A stretch of 64,000 nt of DNA from Dehalococcoidia bacterium (lineage in GTDB: Bacteria > Chloroflexota > Dehalococcoidia > SM23-28-2 > RBG-16-64-32): NCBI GenBank assembly GCA_963665775.2, contig CAXXTF010000002.1:640001-704000 (forward strand), in the 5' to 3' direction. The position numbers were made by a program, and so were the translations under genes. Below, piece after piece: positions 9,672 through 17,579 of this stretch. The notes under the pieces are model-generated. The model ran no database searches, had not been told where the DNA came from, and saw only the letters and a list, made by a program, of their open reading frames with translations. The first letter of the stretch is position 1; every line of letters begins with the position of its first letter.

Positions 9672-11150
9672 ATTCCTGCCAACTTCGCAAATCAGACCAT
9701 CTGGACTGGCGACAATCTTGACATACTCCGTGGCATGAACTCGGAGTGCGTTGACCTTATCTACCTTGACCCGCCGTTCAACTCCAACAAGAACTACGCC
9801 GCCCCAGTGGGCAGTAAAGCGGCTGGGGCGGCCTTTAAGGATACCTGGCACCTCTCGGACCTCGACGTTGCATGGATGGGTTTGATAGCAGACGAAAAGC
9901 CCGCCATGTACAAGGTCTTGGAGGCCGCTGGGCTGTCTCACGGCAAGGGAATGCAGTCCTACCTGTGCATGATGGGCGTCCGATTGTTGGAGATGCGCCG
10001 CGTTCTGAAAGACACGGGCAGTATCTACCTTCACTGCGATCCCACAGCCAGCCACTACCTGAAGCTGTTGATGGATGCCGTATTCGGGGCGCAGAACTTC
10101 CGCTCAGACATTACGTGGAAGCGCACAAGTGCCCACAGTGACACGAAGCAGGGGCGCCGCCAGCACGGCAGAATCCACGACGTTCTTCTCTACTACACGA
10201 TTGGACGCGAGTGGATATGGAACCCAATTTACACGGATTACGACGCTGACTACGTCAGTAATTTCTACCGCCACGAGGAGGAGGGGACGGGGAGGCTCTA
10301 CCGGAGAGGCGACCTTACCGCTGCAAGGTCGGGAGGGGATACAGAGTACGAGTGGCGAGTGAAGCGCCCGACAGACGGCGAGTGGGAAGCGGACCTCGAC
10401 AACGAGTGGATGCGCCCGCGCAGCGGGTGGGAGTACAACGGTGTCCCTCCCTACAAGGGTCGGTATTGGGCCTACTCGCAGGAAGGGATGCGGAAGGTCG
10501 CCGCCGGTGGGCGGCTGGTCTATGCCAAGTCCGGCATGCCCAACTACAAGCGCTACCTCGACGAAATGCCGGGCGTGCCGCTACAGGATATGTGGGTAGA
10601 CATCACCCCCACGCTCGGCCCGAAAGAACGCGTCGGGTACCCGACGCAAAAGCCGCTGGCATTGCTAGAGCGAATCATCGCGGCCAGCTCGAACCCTGGC
10701 GACGTGGTGCTGGACCCGTTCTGCGGCTGTGCCACGGCCTGCGTCGCCGCAGATAGACTCAATCGCCAGTGGGTGGGCATAGACATATCACTGAAGGCCG
10801 CGGAGCTTGTCAATCTACGTCTACAGCAGGCTATGGGCAGCCTGTTCCACCACGGCTACGTCACAGCTAGGACGGATATACCCAGGCGGACCGACATCGA
10901 CGCGCCCATACCATACCGGCAGAACAAGCACGTCCTCTTCGGGCAGCAGGAAGGGTTGTGCGGAGGGTGCAAGGCGCTCTTCCCCTATCGCAACTTCACC
11001 ATTGATCACGTGGTGCCACGGAGCAAGGGCGGAACGGATCACTTGGTCAACCTTCAATTGCTATGCGGGGCCTGTAACTCGCTCAAGGGAGACCGGCCCC
11101 AGAAGTACCTCATGGCCCGCCTAGCGAAGATGACGAGCCTAAGCCCCTAA
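9672..11150 (+). CDS. beta-class N6A/N4C DNA methyltransferase fused to C-terminal HNH endonuclease
   Basis: [27 protein letters not shown]; then CGGC...[29 protein letters not shown]. First ATG is 9735 but the motif-bearing frame extends to ~9672. Confidence 0.88.
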   Translation: MPANFANQTIWTGDNLDILRGMNSECVDLIYLDPPFNSNKNYAAPVGSKAAGAAFKDTWHLSDLDVAWMGLIADEKPAMYKVLEAAGLSHGKGMQSYLCMMGVRLLEMRRVLKDTGSIYLHCDPTASHYLKLLMDAVFGAQNFRSDITWKRTSAHSDTKQGRRQHGRIHDVLLYYTIGREWIWNPIYTDYDADYVSNFYRHEEEGTGRLYRRGDLTAARSGGDTEYEWRVKRPTDGEWEADLDNEWMRPRSGWEYNGVPPYKGRYWAYSQEGMRKVAAGGRLVYAKSGMPNYKRYLDEMPGVPLQDMWVDITPTLGPKERVGYPTQKPLALLERIIAASSNPGDVVLDPFCGCATACVAADRLNRQWVGIDISLKAAELVNLRLQQAMGSLFHHGYVTARTDIPRRTDIDAPIPYRQNKHVLFGQQEGLCGGCKALFPYRNFTIDHVVPRSKGGTDHLVNLQLLCGACNSLKGDRPQKYLMARLAKMTSLSP

Positions 11151-11200
11151 CTGATAGTTCCCTAACGTGCGTCAAGGGGAACATCGCCAAAGCAGAAGCA

Positions 11201-12058
11201 ATGCACGAGGCCATTATGCCCTTCCAGCCGATCACTTATATGAGCTTCAATCTCGGGTCGGACGCGGATGTAGATAGTCAACTGATGGTGGGTATCCGTG
11301 TGATACCGACTGGCCGGGATGGTAGCACGGTCTTGGCTAGAACGCTCAACTATGGCGAACTGGACTCCGGCGAGGGCATAGTACTCCAACCCGGTGAGCG
11401 ATTGTTATTTCCACCGGGAAGCGTGAAGGTGATCATACAGGATATTGACCGGGGCAACACGCCGGACTTGGACGGGTACGCAGTCATAGCAAACACGGTG
11501 TGGACTTGGTTGCAGATTGGGCCGTCGCCAGACCAGAGTTCCTTCAATTATCTCTTTGCTGCGGCGCGCCGACTAGATTCGGCTCACGCACTCTGCGCCA
11601 GTACGATAAGTGAGTTTGACAACCCTCCTGACGAGCTCTTCATCAAGTCTAGAGCGCGGGTTTTTCGGGCTCTGGGCAATGCGGAGTTAATGTGCATCGC
11701 ACTTAATCGAGCGGACAAGATGATAAAGGATATCGCGGCCAAGTGGTCGCTGTCGACAACCGTACCTGACGAGGTGGGCACGATACTGCCGGCATTAACG
11801 GCGATTCGTAATGCTTTTGAGCATATAGACGAACGGGCTATGGACAACGCTCGCCACGAACATCCATTAATTTTTGACCAAATCGAGTTTGTCACTTCAG
11901 GCATACTGCGGTGCGCCGACTTTTCGTTGGATTTGCGGTCGCAGGTGATTCCGGCGTTGATTGCCAGCCGGAAGTTTATCTTTGATGTCGCCGTCGAGAA
12001 GGGCGGGCGTGCAAAGACGGTTAACCAGCCAATTGACTTTGGCACGTACAGCCTCTAG
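11201..12058 (+). CDS. putative HEPN-like (RX4H) helical protein
   Basis: 285 aa; AIRNAFEHIDER in a helical C-terminal half. Confidence 0.5.
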   Translation: MHEAIMPFQPITYMSFNLGSDADVDSQLMVGIRVIPTGRDGSTVLARTLNYGELDSGEGIVLQPGERLLFPPGSVKVIIQDIDRGNTPDLDGYAVIANTVWTWLQIGPSPDQSSFNYLFAAARRLDSAHALCASTISEFDNPPDELFIKSRARVFRALGNAELMCIALNRADKMIKDIAAKWSLSTTVPDEVGTILPALTAIRNAFEHIDERAMDNARHEHPLIFDQIEFVTSGILRCADFSLDLRSQVIPALIASRKFIFDVAVEKGGRAKTVNQPIDFGTYSL

Positions 12059-12245
12059 CAGGCTGCGGAAGATAGGGTTCGCCACCTCCTGGGACACTAA
12101 CTCCGTTCTCGCAGCGTCGACGGCAGCGGCAGGCTGAAGACGTAGGAACAGGAGGCAGAGCTGGTCAGCGTGGGAGGCTAGGTCGCAAGACGGAGGGATC
12201 CGATGACGGGGGTCTCCCTGGGAGGTCTGTATCTTCCGCAGCCTG
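12059..12245. mobile_element. MITE-like element with 16-bp terminal inverted repeats
   Basis: CAGGCTGCGGAAGATA (12059-12074) / TATCTTCCGCAGCCTG (12230-12245); no ORF; CTAG on the left flank. Confidence 0.65.
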
Positions 12246-12471
12246 TTGCCACCTAATCAACCCCAGTTGCATCCAAATCCACTGCCCAAGAGTACCGGGG
12301 TTGTTTCTGTCTATTGAAAGACAGAGAACTCAGACGGCGAGGTAGACATTGTTGAAGGAACACATCCATTCACATTCATGAGAGATTACGAAGTCATAGG
12401 GAACCCGTTCGGCTAGTCTGACATCCAAAACACAATTGAGGGTGATTCAATCTGGTTGGTTAGAGCGGGCT

Positions 12472-12525
12472 AGAGAAGTGGCTCCGGAAATCTGAACAGG
12501 GGGATAAGTGGGATCGCTGCCTGAT
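12472..12525 (-). mobile_element. IS3-family right-end remnant related to the end at 3300-3364
   Basis: Shares GTGG..TCTGAACAG..GATAAGTGG..GCTGCC with the reverse complement of 3300-3364. Confidence 0.5.
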
Positions 12526-12531
12526 TGAGGG

Positions 12532-12668
12532 TGACCTGCCCCCCTAAACGCTACCACAGGCTATGTTAGTGTGGCCATCGCCGTAGTCTCCAGGGATGGC
12601 GCGGTGGAGCCCGGCCATGGCACGATCGCTTGCGGTGCTGGCGGCCGGTAGCCGAGAGCGCTATGCGG
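12532..12668 (-). pseudogene. IS3/IS407-like transposase C-terminus and right end
   Basis: Minus strand reads PHSALGYRPPAPQAIV...*; terminal TGACCTGCCCCC. Confidence 0.75.
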
Positions 12669-13281
12669 GGATAGACCCTAAGATTTTTCTCCAGGGAGCC
12701 CCATGAGCTGGGTTCCCCCGCACACGCGGGGATAGACCGTTCGCCCCGCTCTGGCTAGCTGAGGAGCGGCGGGTTCCCCCGCACACGCGGGGATAGACCG
12801 CGACCCGATGTGGATGTCATAACCTTCTCCTCGGTTCCCCCGCACACGCGGGGATAGACCCCAGCCCCCACAATCATTGGCGGCTCGTATAAAGGTTCCC
12901 CCGCACACGCGGGGATAGACCGCGGAAGTCAGCCCCCACGCAACGTCTTGGGAGGGTTCCCCCGCACACGCGGGGATAGACCGAACGGGTCAGGCCCCCA
13001 TTGCGGCCACGTAGTTGGCGAGCGGTTCCCCCGCACACGCGGGGATAGACCCGGCTCCGTACGCTGGCTGGCCGGTTGCACAGAGCGGTTCTCCCGCACA
13101 CGCGGGGATAGACGAGCCGAGGCTATCACCGATGTGGAGCCCAACGCGGTTCCCCCGCACACGCGGGGATAGACCTATAGAGCGTCCCCATGGTATGTGG
13201 AAAGCGACGGTTCCCCCGCACACGCGGGGATAGACCCTCGCCCTCCAGCCGGGCCGCTGGCTGCTGATGCGGGTTCCTCCG
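12665..13281 (+). CRISPR. orphan CRISPR array, type I-E-like repeat GGTTCCCCCGCACACGCGGGGATAGACC
   Basis: 9 full 28-nt repeats starting 12711, 12772, 12833, 12894, 12955, 13024, 13087, 13148, 13209; a 5'-truncated copy at 12665-12677; a degenerate copy at 13272; 10 spacers, mostly 33 nt; CCCCGC/GCGGGG hairpin. Confidence 0.97.
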
Positions 13282-13481
13282 AGTGCCACAAGAGGTCATC
13301 TTCTTCCGTGTAGGCCCGAGCGGAGGCAGAGGCGGCAACTGTGGCGGTCTCCCGTGGTTGACGCCCGGCAGGCAGCTCCAAGGGCAATGGGAAGACCAAC
13401 GGTGCGCTCCAAGCCAAAGCGCATTCGTGATTGGCTACCAGCCCCAAGACAAGAATGGGCACGAATTCCCAGGGGGTGAAG

Positions 13482-13571
13482 ATGGCCCTGTTCGGGTATG
13501 TCAGAGTGTCGCGGCGGGGCCTCCTTCTAGCAGAACAGGAGAGGCAACTGCAGGAGGCAGGCGGGCTCTGA
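13482..13571 (+). pseudogene. serine recombinase/resolvase N-terminal fragment
   Basis: MALFGYVRVS...AEQERQLQEAG resembles the resolvase GYARVS motif; stops after 29 aa. Confidence 0.55.
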
Positions 13572-13686
13572 ACAGGAAGCTAGGCATTGCTGTGTGGTAA
13601 TATCCTATCTCACGGAATCGTTTTTCCGCAGCCTGCTAGGGACCGCAAGGTGATCGTCGGTCAGAAGGCCGCGGGGACCATGGCCT

Positions 13687-14496
13687 GTGGGCGAAAGGGG
13701 AAGGAGTGAACCGGTGACGCTTCGTCTGTCGCGTCTACTCGCGATAGCGGTACTCGCTGCGGTTCTTGCGACGGCAGTTGCCTGTGAGTCACTCGGGCCT
13801 ACGGGAGCTATCACCGGCAAGGTGCGCTTTGCGAGCGAGGTCGCATTGCCCGAAGGCGCGGTCGTCACTGTCAAGTTGCTGGACACCACGTTGGCCGATG
13901 CTCCATCCATGGAACTGGGGCGCGACATGATTGAGAACGCTGACCGACTCCCGGTTAGCTTCCGCATCGAGTACGACCGCGACCGGGTCTCCGATCGCAA
14001 CGAGTATTCACTGAGTGCCGACGTCAGACACGGCGATGACCTGCTGTACGTCAACGACACTGTCCACCCTGTGCTCACGCGGGGCGCTCCGGGGAACTCT
14101 GATGTCGTGGTTGTCTCCACCAACCCCCTCGACACGTGCGTCGCACCCCTGCCGGGACAGATTCACTCTGGCATGGCTGATGAAGACCTGCCCCGTAAGG
14201 CCGTGCTCCACGTCCGTCTGATTGACGCTACCGATCCTGAAGCACGGCTCGTGGTCACGGAGACGACTCTGGGCGACCTCGGCAGGTTCCCGATCAAGTT
14301 CGAACTTCCGTCCGAGGACGTGCAGATCAGTCGCCACCGCAGGTATGAGTTAGAGGCCGAGATCGTTGTCGGCGACGAGACCCTCTACCACATCCCCAGA
14401 GATGAGTGGCGCCGGATACGGCTCCCACACTGCCCGAATGCGGACCTGCAGATCGTCAATAGCGTGTTCCCGGTCAGCGAGTTCCCGAAGGAGTAG
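13687..14496 (+). CDS. YbaY-family lipoprotein with two tandem domains
   Basis: Lipobox AVAC; ITGKV..LPEGAVVTVKLLD..PVSFRIEY, repeated as LPRKAVLHVRLID..PIKFEL. Confidence 0.75.
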   Translation: MGERGRSEPVTLRLSRLLAIAVLAAVLATAVACESLGPTGAITGKVRFASEVALPEGAVVTVKLLDTTLADAPSMELGRDMIENADRLPVSFRIEYDRDRVSDRNEYSLSADVRHGDDLLYVNDTVHPVLTRGAPGNSDVVVVSTNPLDTCVAPLPGQIHSGMADEDLPRKAVLHVRLIDATDPEARLVVTETTLGDLGRFPIKFELPSEDVQISRHRRYELEAEIVVGDETLYHIPRDEWRRIRLPHCPNADLQIVNSVFPVSEFPKE

Positions 14497-14643
14497 TCCC
14501 GGGGCCTGCGTCATGCCTGTAGAAGTCCTTTCGCAAGTGTGGATTCAGGAAACGATAGTCCGAGTGGCGCTGCCTTTGCAGTGATGCGGGTAGCAGAGGC
14601 TTTCGAGCGAGTGCGGGTCTGATGGCATCACGACAATGAACGA

Positions 14644-15369
14644 ATGGCTCGTCCACATTTCCCTGACGTGAACAGACCAACCAGCTTGAGAACGGCGTGG
14701 CTCCTCATGGGAATCGTGGTTCTCCTGGTCGCGCTTTCAGCGTGCGGTGGAGACGTCGACCCACAGGTTCTTCCGCTGGACCCTTCTCCGGCGGCGGGCG
14801 CCTCAAGCGATTCCCAAGACAGTACACCAACATCTGCGTCTGTTGCTCCGTTGCCCTCACTATCACCGAGGCCCACTGTTAGGGCGCCTTCGCCAAGCGG
14901 CCAGTCGAATTCACCCCGAGATCCAGTCAAGGCGCCCGGGTTCTCTCTGATGTCCGGGCTAGGGGATCGTGTTACGCTCGACGCGTTCTTGGAAGGTCAG
15001 GATGCGGTGGTGGTCGTTTTCTACCGAGGGTTCTTCTGAGGTATCTGCCAGCAGCAGCTGGTCGAGCTGCAGAGCGCGTATTCAGAGCTCATCAGGCGCA
15101 ATGTCAATCTGGTAGCGGTCAGCACCGATACCCGGACCGATGCTTTACGGATGACGGCGCTGGCGGGAGCCAGATTTCCAATCTTGTCAGACCCGGATGG
15201 CGCAACCGCCCGCAGCTATGGAGTTTTTGACCTTCTCGGCGACGGCGTCGCTACACCTGCGACCTTCATAGTCAAGCAGGAGGGGAGCATCGGCTGGCGT
15301 TACGTTGGCGAGCATATAGGTGACCGCGCCACAATCCAGGACATCTTGACCGCTCTGGACGATTCATAG
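14644..15369 (+). CDS. AhpC/TSA peroxiredoxin-like lipoprotein with selenocysteine (UxxC)
   Basis: VVVFYRGFF-TGA(15037)-GIC continues in frame to VAVSTD, FPILSDPD, PATFIV; hairpin 15054-15070; lipobox LSAC. Confidence 0.85.
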
Positions 15370-15536
15370 CGAGGTGGAGGCGACTATTTGGCAGGGAGTG
15401 GGATTCCGACGCTAGACGAGTTGTCCAATCTCCGATCATCCCACAAGACTCCTATGGCCGTCTGCGTCGGACTTGGGCAGAAGGCTTACATCTGCCCAAC
15501 CACATCTCGAAGATGGTTCTGCCTACCATCAAATTA

Positions 15537-17249
15537 GCCCGAATCCACCGAAGGACGGCCTTGGGGACAGCCCTTGAAGAAGGCAGAGGGTGCTCCTCTG
15601 AATCTGGGATAATGGTTTTGGAACAGAAACCCGCCCGGAAACAAGGAGCTCCCAATAGATGCTGCCACAGAACAAACCCGACCGTATCCGCATCCTCTTT
15701 GACGACCATCGCCTGGTGGCCAATGCCGGCCTGCTCCTGCCGGCCACCCTCGCCTGGCACCTGGGCCTACGAGAACTCGTCGACCATCACCTTGACCTCG
15801 GCGGCGCGCCGGGACGGGCGAACACTGGGGACAAGATGCTGACGCTGGTCGCTTCCGCGCTGGCAGGCGGCGACTGCATCGACGGCGCCGATGCGCTGCG
15901 CGCTGGTGGGACGGTCGGTGTTCTAGGCTGCGTGGTCAAGGCGCCATCCACCCTGGGGACCTTCCTGCGCAGCTTCCGGTGGGGGCATGTCCGTCAACTC
16001 GACCGCGTGAGCCGTCAGTTGTTGGCCCGGGCCTGGGCCGCTGGGGCCGGACCCGGCGACTCGCCCCTGACCATCGACTTGGACTCGACCATCTGCGAGA
16101 CCTATGGACTGGCCAAGGAGGGAGCGCGCCACCACGGCTATACCGGCGCCCGCGGCTATCACCCGCTGCTGGCCGTTGCCGCCGACACCGGCGAGGTGCT
16201 GATGTCCCGGCTGCGCGAGGGCCGGGCCAACACCGCCTGTGGCGCCGCCCACTTCCTGCGTGAGACGGTGGGGCGGGTGCGCTACGGCGGGGCCAGCGGA
16301 CAACTCACGGTGCGGGCCGACAGCGGCTTCTATACCCACGCCGTGGTCGCCGTCTGCCGCCGGATGGATGTCCGCTTCTCCATCGCCATCCGCCAGCGCG
16401 CCCGCCTGCGCAATCTCATCGAGGCGATACCCGAGGATGCTTGGACTCCCATTCCCTACTGGATGGACGGCGCCGCCGATGTGGCCGAGACCACCTGCAC
16501 TCCCTTCCAGAGTGAACCTGACGCCGCGCCGGTGCGGCGCATCGTCCGGCGTGTGAAGCCGGCGCCCAGTTCCCAGCTGGCCCTCTTCGCCACCTACAGC
16601 TATCACGGCTTCATCACCGACCGGGACGGGGAGATGCTCGAACTGGAGGCCGACCATCGCCGCCACGCCGAGATCGAGAATGCCATCCGAGACCTCAAGC
16701 ACGGTGTGGGGTTGAACCATCTCCCCTCGGGCCGCTTCGCCGCCAACGCCGCCTGGCTGGCGGTACAGGTGATGGCCCACAACATCGCCCGCTGGACAGC
16801 GCGCATCCGTCTGGGCGAGCAGGTGGTGACCACCAAGACTCTCCGGCGGCGGTTCTTCTCCCTGGCCGGACGGATCACCCGCTCGGCGCGCCGCCTCACA
16901 CTGCATCTGCCACAGCGCTGGCCTTGGGAAGCCCAGTTCGATCGTGCCCTAGCCCGATTGCGCGCCCTGCCACTCCCTGCCTGACGGCGGCGGCGGCAAA
17001 CGGCCGCCATCCGGCCAACCGAACGTCCCCGCGAACTCGCGCCAGTCCGGTCTGCGAGTGCCTCTTGCTGCGTCCTCTCCCCGCTATCTCGCCCTGACCA
17101 ACATTCGCAGACGGTCACAAAGTCTCCCCGCGGCAACTGAAGACAGACACCGGCCCCCCTCTACCCCAAATCGTGCCCGGACCATCGCCCTCCCTTGCCT
17201 CTATCGCCCGTTCCGCTGCTGCATAGTCATCCCTTCGGTGGATTTGGGC
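15537..17249 (+). mobile_element. IS1380-family element
   Basis: Terminal IRs GCCCGAATCCACCGAAGG / CCTTCGGTGGATTTGGGC; related copy at 49136-50841. Confidence 0.9.
15659..16984 (+). CDS. IS1380-family transposase
   Basis: IDLDST, GYHPL, VRADSGF, EIENAIRDLK, ANAAW. Confidence 0.92.
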   Translation: MLPQNKPDRIRILFDDHRLVANAGLLLPATLAWHLGLRELVDHHLDLGGAPGRANTGDKMLTLVASALAGGDCIDGADALRAGGTVGVLGCVVKAPSTLGTFLRSFRWGHVRQLDRVSRQLLARAWAAGAGPGDSPLTIDLDSTICETYGLAKEGARHHGYTGARGYHPLLAVAADTGEVLMSRLREGRANTACGAAHFLRETVGRVRYGGASGQLTVRADSGFYTHAVVAVCRRMDVRFSIAIRQRARLRNLIEAIPEDAWTPIPYWMDGAADVAETTCTPFQSEPDAAPVRRIVRRVKPAPSSQLALFATYSYHGFITDRDGEMLELEADHRRHAEIENAIRDLKHGVGLNHLPSGRFAANAAWLAVQVMAHNIARWTARIRLGEQVVTTKTLRRRFFSLAGRITRSARRLTLHLPQRWPWEAQFDRALARLRALPLPA

Positions 17250-17430
17250 TAAAGCCAAAACCAAACCCTTTCAGGTAAAGAAAAGGAGCAGTCGCCGCGC
17301 CCGATAACGGGAGCGCCACCGCCCCTTCCTGTCCTAAATGTTAGATTAACTTATCGATATGGGTTTATCAAGTACACATTCGCCTTCAGGAACACAGCCG
17401 CGAAGCTGGAATTCCTCTGAGGCGATGCAC

Positions 17431-17579
17431 TGCAAACGGAATTGCAAACGAACGGTTTGCAACTGCCCGTCACCGGGCATCATGAGCGGCCAACCCCAGG
17501 CCAAAGTTCAGATACGAAATGTGGCTGAACAGGATCACCCGACACACTCCATCACGACAATGAAGGGACTCATAATCCC
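17431..17579. other. putative att-like island boundary (arm-type repeats plus tRNA anticodon-arm-like core)
   Basis: TGCAAACG at 17431 and 17443, inverted GTTTGCA at 17455; GGGA-CT-CAT-AA-TCCC at 17565-17579; housekeeping genes begin at 17580. Confidence 0.45.

Noticed and set aside
9672-11150. HNH protein near an array as a Cas9/IscB-like effector
   Set aside because: No RuvC motifs or bridge helix; the body is a DNA methyltransferase and the repeat is type I-E-like.
12091-12104. GGGACACTAACTCC as the IS1595 right end
   Set aside because: It lies inside the MITE and has no convincing counterpart upstream of the transposase.
3451-12543. Composite transposon formed by the two GGGGGCAGGTCA-type IS ends around the defence genes
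   Set aside because: Both are right ends of different decayed IS fragments facing the interior; no outer ends or target duplication seen.
12678-13271. Self-targeting spacers within the window
   Set aside because: No match noticed by eye; not exhaustive, needs a computed search.
12678-13338. Many short ORFs with repeated LSPRVRG / VYPRVCGG peptides
   Set aside because: Translations of the CRISPR repeats, not proteins.
15923-16906. Long antisense ORFs in both IS1380 copies and opposite housekeeping genes
   Set aside because: Shadow ORFs expected at high GC; no motifs.
17565-17579. tRNA-Met gene
   Set aside because: Only an anticodon-arm-like hairpin; no acceptor, D or T arms.
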